From: Trichoplax sp. H2
Lineage: Eukaryota
DNA length: 64,000 nt
Direction: 5' to 3'
Assembly: GCA_003344405.1 (NCBI GenBank)
Contig: NOWV01000031.1
Span: forward strand, 248,001 to 312,000
A program made the position numbers and the translations under genes. This document shows positions 1 through 10,500 of the stretch, one piece after another; position 1 is the first letter of the stretch; each line of letters begins with the position of its first letter. A model generated the notes under the pieces. That model saw only the letters and a list, made by a program, of their open reading frames with translations. It did no database searches and was not told the DNA's origin.

Positions 1-226
1 CTAGTTTCTTACATTCGTGCAGACTCAAAATAGTCCATTTCCTTAGGACAGAGTGATAAACACTGACAATCATCGACAACAGATCTTTTACATGTAGTTA
101 GTGTTTTCATATACAGAAAATCTGTAGGTGTTGGAAACAAATAAGCACAGTTAATTTAGAGAACAGTAATTAAACATTAAAAGACTAAAATCTTTTTATT
201 TGACTTTAATACATGATGAAGAGAAT

Positions 227-1639
227 TTAAGAGTTGGCTTTGTTTTGTCCACTAGATCGGTCCTCCTAGCAAAAGGATCATTTACGATTGATTAATTAAA
301 TAAAATTATAAGCACAAATTACTCGAAATTAACATTAACTTCAAAGCTGTACAAGGAATAACGTACTGTACTGCACTGACACTACATACATTATCATAAG
401 CCACAAGGAAATAAGCAACAACTAACTAGCCCATGCATTAAAACTTTGACATAAAAGGATGACAAATGCTTGCTTATTCAATAGATCACCGTGCAGTCAG
501 AGAAGGGTAATAACTCCGACTAACAACTGACTACGGACATTGCATCAATATTGGCCAATAATTCAACGAGTGATAACTTGACGACAATCGACTTAGTCTA
601 GCAAAAGCAAAGACTAAGGCTGGCATACGCCATAACCTTACAAAGTAGCACAGTACCGTAGCTTCTATCCAAATTAAGATATATCGTACCTTTGGACGGA
701 ATCGTGGTGGAGGGACACGATCTCTTCTATCTTCTTTAGATCGATTTCTGACAATTTTCGAGTGAATGGCACAGCTGACACAGTAGTACAACTTAGCATA
801 CATCTTGGGCAAAGCATACGCTACAATGAACGTAGAAAAATGTTTAATCAAGATTCCATTTTACTCAACATGATGGTCATGCTGTGAGATCAAGATACAG
901 CAACATCATCCAAGTAGATCAAACTTATGATTACAATGATAGACTTGCTAGCCATTTGCTACACTTACAATCGTACACGCTCGCTTCCGAGATATCACGG
1001 ATAGCCGCCGCATCGACCATGTTTCTTATAACAAACTTCTTAATAGCTTTGTCTTTAGGTACACAACGAGAACAATTTGTGCAGCGAACAAACCTGGTAT
1101 GTCCGCGTCCATGCTTTGATCGTCCGCTATTACGTCTCTTCTTGGTCTATAGCATGGATTAAAATAGAAAGTGGATCGGGAATTACAATTTTATACCAAT
1201 AACCAGTCAAGATCAGCGGACGCCATTTTTAATACGGTTATGCCCAAATGGTCTATTTTATGATTAATTTATCCATACACTCCCTGTCCATGATGGTTTC
1301 ATTGCCGAATACAACTAAAACTACCAACTACATTACATTATCATCGGAAATGAACGAAGTCCAACTTTTGCCATGGCCAGGCAATATCATCAAATCTCGA
1401 CTAGTCACAACCATACTTGATCGCGACTCGACTTTGCAACATGACACTGTTATAACTATAGCGCCACGTGGTATAAGATGAGTGTAAAAAAATGACTTCG
1501 ATCCAATGGAAAGAATCCAAAATGGCTTTTCTTCCATCGACATATCTCTTTGAGCTTTTCAATGTGATAAGGCTTCATCATGAAGCATGCACTAACATAA
1601 TTATCAAAGCATTAGTCGATCAATCTCATTTCTTACCAT
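227..1639 (-). CDS. RPS26: 40S ribosomal protein S26 (eS26), 4 coding exons: 1637-1639 (ATG only), 969-1146, 690-820, 227-265
   Basis: Spliced translation [116 protein letters not shown] carries the eS26 motifs. All introns are GT-AG; ATG|GTAAGA at 1639; AATAAA on the minus strand at ~195-200. An identical first exon is repeated at 2308-2310 in the duplicated segment. Confidence 0.97.
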
Positions 1640-1700
1640 GATTGAAAAAATGAATTTGCCTCAACTTGAAGGTAGGCAACTTCTTCGCCAGCAAGATGGG

Positions 1701-1718
1701 TAGAAAAGAAGGAAGAAA
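1701..1718 (-). promoter_or_regulatory. Polypyrimidine tract, probable TCT/5'-TOP transcription start of RPS26
   Basis: Minus strand reads TTTCTTCCTTCTTTTCTA, 60-80 nt upstream of the RPS26 ATG. Pyrimidine-tract initiators are typical of animal ribosomal-protein genes. Confidence 0.6.
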
Positions 1719-2534
1719 CTAGTGCGGAGCCTCGTTGTAGAGTAGTGGTCACTACTGCGCATACTCTTGAAAACTGTACTGTACCGTACAGTGTACAGTG
1801 TACAGTGCAGTACAGTACTGTAGGGTCTGTACTCTGTAGCCTTCACAAGTTGACAGTGTACAGTGTACAGTACTTCACGGTCTATAGCCTTTATGCTGTA
1901 CTGTACATTGTACATGAGTACTGGACTGGACAGAACTGCATAATACCATACAGTATGGGAGAATAGCTTGGTATGGAACACAGACCTGACTAGGAGCATC
2001 CGTTTTCATAAACTGCGCGATACCTGGGACTGATCACCCACTTCAGCACGTCATCCGTCTAGGTATAGTACAGTATCTCGTGGTCCATGGTACTTTATAC
2101 TGTACCGTAGTCCATGAACAGGACAGTATACTACAGCTTACTATTCACACAGGAGGGATGGACAGCAAAGAAAACCTCTTTCACGCGTGCGCATTGGTGC
2201 AGCAATTGTGATGGATTTTCTGTTTTTGAAGTGCAGTAAAANNNNNNNNNNNNNNNNNNNNACTAACATAATTATCAAAGCATTAGTCGATCAATCTCAT
2301 TTCTTACCATGATTGAAAAAATGAATTTGCCTCAACTTGAAGGTAGGCAACTTCTTCGCCAGCAAGATGGGTAGAAAAGAAGGAAGAAACTAGTGCGGAG
2401 CCTCGTTGTAGAGTAGTGGTCACTACTGCGCATACTCTTGAAAACTGTACTGTACCGTACAGTGTACAGTGTACAGTGCAGTACAGTACTTTAGGGTCTG
2501 TACTCTGTAGTCTTCACAAGTTGACAGTGTACAG

Positions 2535-2604
2535 TAGGCCCCAGCCATAATAACCCCGATTACGCTGAGTATCTGAGTAATCGGGGTTATTATGGCTGGA
2601 CCTA
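2535..2604. mobile_element. 66-bp MITE-like hairpin element flanked by TA
   Basis: Left arm TAGGCCCCAGCCATAATAACCCCGATTAC; reverse complement of right arm TAGGTCCAGCCATAATAACCCCGATTAC; ~13-nt spacer. Absent from the other copy of the duplicated segment (~1862). Confidence 0.7.
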
Positions 2605-4512
2605 GTGTACAGTGTACAGTACTTCAGGGTCTACAGTATAGCCTTTATGCAGTACTGTACATTGTACATGAGTACTGGACTGGACAGAACTGCATAATAC
2701 CATACAGTATGGGAGAATAGTTTGGTATGGAACATAGACCTGACTAGGAGCATCCGTTTTCGTAAACTACTCGATACCTGGACTGATCACCCACTTCAGT
2801 ACGTCATCCGTCTAGGTATAGTACAGTATCTCGTGGTCCATGGTACTTTATACTGTACCGTAGTCCATGAACAGGACAGTATACTACAGCTTACCATTCA
2901 CACAGGAGGGATGGACAGCAAAGAAAACCCCTTTCACGCGTGCGCATTGGTGCAGCAATCGTGATGGATTTTCTGTTTTTGAAGTGCAGTAAAATGGCCG
3001 GAAATGATTGGAATCAGAATAGTCGTAGACTTGTCCCTTTCTCGCTGGCAACGACTGTACTTGCATGGTAATAGACTTGGATAGAGGAGTAGCTAAATGT
3101 ATCAACTTGAATAATGTGGCAGTGGTTTTAGATAGATCCATGACACCAAATTCATAGATTCAGGGAAGTTAAGAGAGTATGCTACTAGTAACCACCGTTC
3201 ATTGGCAAAAGCGCAAGAGCTGACATTTTTGCCGGTCATTCTTGCTATATCGATTGGTTGGAAATGTAGAGTTTACTGTAGCTAATTCCAGTAACCGGAT
3301 GATTGCAATAGTTTGAGATCACTTGTGAGCACTACAATGTACGATTACAGTGTATGGAACAGTTAAAATGACCATTATAATCGTAACGTTTTGGACAATG
3401 TGCTGTACTAAAAACTATTTTACTACTGACTGTAGTCCAATTCTCGTTTCTATGGTCACCATGACTTCCATTCTTCGAGGGTAGTGAACAAGATACAGTC
3501 GGAACGATCCATTCATTTTCTCACTACTCAAGTTGTTCAAATCGGAAATTGGAGTTCCATAATTTGAACAGCTTTTAAATCACATATTCAAGACCATGAG
3601 AGAATTCACGTTCAAAGCCATTGTAAGACCTCGCTGGTCACAACATTTTTACAATAGACGTACGTATGCATGTAAGTACACCGGTTAGAAATTCAATAAT
3701 TGGTTTTGAAAAAACTCGACTGAGTATATGAGCTGGATATCACAAGAGTGCACTCGATGTTTTGCTTACTGAACTGTAAACTGTCTGAAAATACCAACTT
3801 TATATTCCGGTCTGTACGTCAGTTGATTAATTATTACACTCGAAGTGAAACCTGCCTAACCAAATCAAGGTACCCTTTACTGCGCTACCTAGACTTGGTA
3901 TTACTCCAATTGATCCATCAAGAACTGATCAATTCCCTTAAGTAATTAATGTAATTGATTGAGCATGGGATGTTGGAGCTCAATCCATGCAGAGGTTCCT
4001 TCTTAAAGTACTTTCGTCCATGGCTAGATCAGATAGTTGTTATTAAATGATAATGATATACTGCACAAGTGCACATGGAGGTTGAATCATAAGCTATATA
4101 CTTGCACACTGTATTGACTAGAAATATTCATTTGCCATAGTATGGTGGGGAATTTATTAAGATTTAATCAAAAGTACAAATGATGATAAATAAGACTAGA
4201 AGAAACAACCAGGTTCTTTACACGTATAATGGAAAAGTAAACAATACAGGAAGTTAGAAACAGCCAAGTTCATTCACGATGGGCAATAAAGTATAGACTA
4301 CAAATGAATTATTTATTGCATAATGTACATTGACTACCCTTCAGATAGCATATCATTTAGAATAAGTTTAAAATCTATCAATTTCAAAAGTATTCTAGTA
4401 TCTAGGAAAACAAATTCCGAAAGATATCTATACTGAAGCTAAATCCATATGTGAACTTCTACAATAATTGGAAGGGAGCCAATTGCAATGCTTAAATACG
4501 TATAGAGTAAAT

Positions 4513-7500
4513 TTAAAGCATCGTGATAGCGATAACTATGCTTGCTACGAGAGATAGACCAGCTCTGATGGCAGTTGCAGCAGCTAAAGGGAGAAATCAA
4601 ACATAATAAATCAAGATACATAGAATCGATGAAGGCAATGCAATTTCAATCTCTTGCAGCTTGTTAACAGCATACTAGTATCATGCTAGATTGACGTGGT
4701 TACTCACATGTCTTGGTTGTAGCCAGGGCTGGTGCTGTGGTTGCCGATGGTGCACTTGTTGAACTATCACTAACATAATTATCGCCTTGCTGGGCTTGAT
4801 TTAAGGCTTGCACTTGTGCCGATGACAAGGAACTTTTCTGTGTAGCCGTGATAGCACTTGCTTGACTTTCATCAAATTGGCCAATTTGTGCACTAGTGAA
4901 TTTCTATATAATATTTACATAGACAAGTTCATTAAGAAAGATAGTAACGGTCAGTTTTAGTCCATTTCCTTAAATACTTACTGCTAACTGACTGCCAGGA
5001 AAATTTTTAATGGCATTTGCTTTCATGGCGTTAATTGCATCATTACTAAGTGATGAAAGATCAGCAGAATCACAACCACCTAACAAAAACGTAAAGTAGA
5101 AATTTCTGCGTTACAATCAAAATGAATAGGTCTTTATCATAGCCATGATTATATAACTTTGCTAACATGATACAATATGAGCAACATGCCTAATGCAACT
5201 CCTGCAGTTCGAACAGATGCAGTTTCCCATGTTGAAACAGTGCTACCAAATGAGCCTTTAGCTTTAGAGCACAATTGCTGCAACTGAGCTAATGACATTC
5301 CAGGCACAACGCCAATGGTATCAGCGGCATTTCTAATTATTTTGTAAGAAAATAAACGACTTAAATTTGCGGTATCAACACTAATGATACTCAAAATTAC
5401 TTGGTAACCTGTGACCAACGATAATTGATTTAAGTACATCCTGGAGGAATCACTTACTCATAGGCTTGTTGATCTATTTTACTCAGATCCGATGTTGATA
5501 ATCCTGCAATCATATTCTTGACAGCAAGGAAATGATCTGCTGTCCAGGTAGCGACGTCTGATCCCGCATAATTGTTCTTAATTCTGGCAATTAATTCGGT
5601 TAACTGCACCAAGTTATCCATTTCAATTATCAAAAAGTAAATATAATGAAGTAGGCAGGCAAAACACATTACAAAATCTCGGCATATTGCTTTTATTTGT
5701 ATAGCCTTATATACAGTGCTTTATACAAAATACATGAGAGAAAATAAAGCTAGAGCATTTGTCAACCAACCTGTGAAGAATCCCATGATTGTTCTCCTAA
5801 AGCGGATATAGCATCCGAGTCAGTCAAGTTTAATTTAGCAATATCGGATGAGTTGAATCCAGTCATGATTATTCCCAATGCTGATATTGTGTCAGGACCA
5901 AAATGATCCAAACTACCCCAGTACTACAATCCAAATAGAATTATAAAGTTCATTTCTTTCAAAAATTTCGCAATAAATCAAATAGTAACGTAATTTTATC
6001 AGTAATTATTGTCAAAGAATAGTTGAACAACCTAGCACTAGAATGAATAACAAGAAAAATTAAATCTGTTTATTGTTCCCCTTAATACTAAATTTTCGCC
6101 AAGGAACATTAGATAAATAAAAAATATCACAAAGACTAATCCAACTGTTCAGCAAGGGAAATAATAAGGTTAGAATTTAATGGTGTGCACTGTCATATCT
6201 CTTTTAATTAGTAAATCGAACGAAATTAATAATGTAGTAATACAAGTATTGAAATTTCACGCAAGAAAGACCTAAGCCATCTGAAATGGAAGTTATTCTA
6301 AACTCTTTATGTTTCTTCAGCCTGAGCAATTCAAAATTTCTTCAGAGGGTGTCACGAAATCTCGTTTGGTGGTGAATTGTTGATATTTTCAAGTTGAGTT
6401 ATCATCATAATAATTTCCGATCAATTTACGTTTGAATTGATTTCTGTGCAAATTACTGTGTTCGCCTGTTAAGATTTATGTCTTTCATATCTAAAACTGA
6501 TGTAATCTTAACATTTAATATATTTCTGTGATAACAATGTATTCTATATACGCGTATATGCATTAAAGCGACTATTAAGACAAAGTTAAGTATGAAGTTT
6601 TTAATTGTGTGCTTTATTTTCGATCGTTTGATGTACTGTAATTGTTACAATATAGTATCAGTGATATTGTAAAGGTTCTGCAAATATTCCTAAGAGATAT
6701 CTACTGTATGGTGTAATGTTAGTTTACCCTCTAAGTGCTACAAATTTTGTTCTGTGACTGGTAATTGCCCTTTCAAGGTATTAAAATAATCTAAAGCTGA
6801 AGAAATGATCCCTTCAATTAAATTCGCACCTGTTTGGCTCTCGCTGCCAAGGCATAAATTTGATCTTTAGACAAGGATGCATTACCCAAAGTTTCAACAG
6901 AATCTGCGAAAGTAGCATTATCCATGTTATTAATGTCGTTGACAGTTAATCCTGTAGATAAATCGCTTCCAAGAGAAAGGATATCATAAGATGTAACTGT
7001 GCTTGTTGCTCGTCTTCTTCTCGTTACATTATAAGTCTCGAAATACTTGGCGACGATAACAGCTTTCGTGGCTGCTAAAAACTTTTCTCCATTAAAGCTA
7101 TCAGCCGAAAAACGGATGGTTTCCTATTTCAACATTCAAATTACAAATTTCTGTCATATTTTTTATTCTTTATTTATTCTAGTTTATATCATAACTAATT
7201 TTGTAAGCTGGTAGCACAGTAACTTTAAGGTATAGATATTTTCAGTCAAAATAATCCATAATTACAGCTACTCTTACCGGATTTAATTTATTTAATTCTG
7301 CTGATGTAAAGCCATCTAAGCATGGCCCAAGATCACGAACAGTTTCCGAGGGCAATGCTTGCATCGGATTGGCCATATTCACCGGATATCTATAAATTTA
7401 TTAAATTTACAAGTAGCAGTCAGAAAGCCATAGTCCACCTCGATAATTAGTCAACATTAATTTTATGGATTAATGATATTTATAAAGGTATTTCTTTCAA

Positions 7501-10500
7501 TTTGGACAATAGTTATAAACTGATGCACACAATAACTCGGTCAAAATTTTAATCAATATTGCAGCTTACCCCACAGCCATCTTGGTACGATTAGCAATCT
7601 CCTTCTTTAGTGTTGATGATAAGCATCGAAGTCGGCATATAGAATATAAATGATTGGACAAGACATCGTTGGGGATTCTTTTGATATGGGCAACTTGCAT
7701 GCCACAAACTAGTTTACCAAAGCTCAAAATATCGTCATCCGTAAAATTCTTGTTGTTATTTTTTTCCTATCATAAATGCAAGAATTTTTCATATTTTCAC
7801 TATACACAATCTAAAAAAGCTCGACAGCACTCGATTTAACCTAAATAATGTCTGCTTTATACAAAAATCATTCATCTATGCTTACATAACATCTAAGAGC
7901 AGCATCTAATCGTCTCTGATAAGCAAGAATATGCGAACCATCAAAGTTACCGGAGCTTCCAATTGTACGAATAGCTTCCCGACATGTGGCATTAGTCATG
8001 TTGCCAATTTCTTCAGGCCTGGAGAACATACAATTAAAGAGAAAAGATTCAATATGTCATTTCTTAATAGCATCCTAACACATCAAATTATTAAACACAT
8101 CAGATTGCTATTTCAGGATTCGATTTATTATACATGTAATTTTGCGCGCTTGCTATGTGCTGTTTAAAATATAAAGCTGTGATCGACCATGATCAACTAA
8201 TAACTATAATTAAAAGAAAATAGAATACTAAATCTAGGTTTCTATACTGTTAATAAGCCTAAAGTAAAACTAGAATAAATTACTAGAAGTCATCCATCCA
8301 TGAAATACAGGAGATGAAGAGAAAATATTGTTTGCCCTTGCTGTAAACGTTATCAACTTACGTTAAGAAAGACAAAACTTGGCCTGCAGCAGTAAGATCA
8401 TCAGTAGTGATAGAAGAGAAATTTTGAGCACTCGTAATGGCCATACAAGCTTTAAACATGCGATACAAAACTTTAATTTGGCCAATACTCCAGTCTGTTC
8501 GGGCAGTTAAAACTGTTAAAGTATCTATACAACCATCAAATGGTAGTTGGGACAAATTAGCGTGGGTCATTCCAGTCACTAGACTGCCCATTTTCCTGTT
8601 ATCCGTATTCAGCAAACAGAAGATTAGATGGATTAGATATACTGTACTATCTAAAGACTTCTGTATGTAAAGTCATTTAAAGTCTTATGACTTAAGCAGA
8701 TAAATAATGAAGATTCAGTATTTGCTAATGCAAATGTATACTTATTCAATAACGAGAATTCTCATGAAATAAAATAAATCATCAAGTAAATTATTATGCG
8801 GTGAATTTTTATATTACAACGTGTACTTTTTCCTGACCTAATATTTTCAAAGCCATAGTTACTGCTACTTGTATTACTGATATCACCATATTCATCCAGG
8901 TACAAATTGATCAATTTTAAAGCCTATTAATGATGAAAGTGACACGTTAGAGTCAGCTTGAAACATCAAAGCAGAAATAAGAAGTGATAAAACTAACTTG
9001 GCCCTTGGACCAATTTGGTTGACTGTCACCAGTAGCATCCAAATTGCCAAACGTAATGTCGGTTAAATTTCGGAATGGAATATCTTGCACAAAATCGCTA
9101 ATGTTGGCTAACATAGTACGGAAATCACTTCCCAACTAGATTATGAAGTAAGAAATGAATTGAAAATGTTATTTAATCTAAACTATTTACATCTAGTAAT
9201 CGATCTACGGATACTTTGCAATCTCTTATATTTTATATTCAGGTATTTACGACTAATTCTATTGTTACTGGGCAAGAATTTCTTTGCAATTGAAGCTTAA
9301 ATTCTCAAGATTAAGTTCAAAAGATTTCAGAATATCCCATTAATTCACAACATTTACTACTAAATAGAATAATTCTACAAACTTTTCCATATTTTATCCA
9401 TAAATACTGACATTCCTTCATGATGTATCCTTTTTTATAACTTAAAAGAGGGGATTCTATAAAGTCATAAACTTACTTTCTTGATAATTTTACGTCGTGC
9501 AACTTTACGAAGACTTTTGACATGAGTTTTGAGTGTGGACAACGAATCCTGAATTGTACTTTTACTCAATTGATCGAAATCTGAAGTTGATAGACCAGTA
9601 ACCAAACTGCCTAGTTGTTTAACATGAGAAGATGTCCATGACTTGACCTAATATGGAAAATTGATTGAAATCAATGATATATAGAAGGAGTGCTACATAA
9701 TCATATTAATTAATCGTAGCTGATGCTTATTACCTTCCCCCAGGTATCAGAAGTAGCTTGCTTAATATGATTTAACATGATGCGCCCCTATCAACAAATA
9801 TTGTAATAAATTCATTTAAGGATTTTTGTTTTAACTTCTTTATAATCTACAATATTCCATTTCTTCATCTTAACTCACATTCTGTCGATCGAAATTAACT
9901 GTACTCAAACTGGAGATTGAGTCCAAAACGACACTTCGATTTAGTTGTAAAAGTGATGATCTACCAACCGATTTAGCTATACTACCAATATTGCTAAGAT
10001 CGGCCGCTGTCCAGTTCTTTGGATTGCCATATACTTCAATAGCTCGTTTACCTAAGGCTGCCCTCTATGTATTTCATAAATAGATAACAATTAAGATAAA
10101 TAAAAGTAGTTTAGACGTTAATTTAGCACATAGTGTTTTTAGAGCGAGAAGTAATATTTGTTTAAAGATTACTTGCGCGGCTTTCAACGATTGCTTTCCA
10201 AGATCTGTAAAAGTATCCCTTAAAGTATTTGCAGGTAGGTTTTTCAATGCTGAAAGGGGTAATACCTTTCTTAATACCCCAATTCTAGAAGAAAGTGTAA
10301 AAATAGATTTAATAGATTTTACCGTCATTTACATCAAGACATAGTTTATTCTTGTATTGGTACTAAGAAAACTGTTCGTAAAGTGTATATTTTTATTTTC
10401 ATTCTAAAGGTTATCATCTAGGAAAATGTGGTAATTGATCAGATGCTTCTATTAAAATTAATTTAAACGATTTTACGGGTTTACTTTGCAGATTTGTAAT

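Larger units (their letters stand above)
1591..2993. repeat. Near-identical direct duplication (1591-2240 vs 2262-2993) on either side of the N-gap at 2241-2261; probably two haplotypes assembled side by side
   Basis: Both copies start ACTAACATAATTATCAAAG and end GAAGTGCAGTAAA. They differ by scattered SNPs, small indels and one ~78-bp insertion. Copy boundaries coincide exactly with the gap. Confidence 0.9.

Noticed and set aside
884..1162. Plus-strand ORFs antisense to real exons (also 7931-8167, 8437-8670, 23393-23851, 38684-38923, 39141-39374)
   Set aside because: Shadow ORFs of minus-strand coding exons of RPS26, the otoancorin-like genes and GGA.
1221..1230. YY1-like CGCCATTTT in RPS26 intron 1
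   Set aside because: A single short motif; plausible for a ribosomal-protein gene but not distinguishable from chance here.
1147..1636. Possible C/D snoRNA in RPS26 intron 1 (TGATGA at ~1387 and ~1575, CTGA at ~1213 on the minus strand)
   Set aside because: Box spacing is too long, and I found no terminal stem or recognisable rRNA-complementary guide. A snoRNA scan would be needed.
1661..1999. ORFs 1661-1999, 1745-1966 and 2722-2964
   Set aside because: They run through the low-complexity TACAGT promoter repeats, give V/Y/T/S/C-rich sequence with no recognisable motif, and are not preserved between the two copies.
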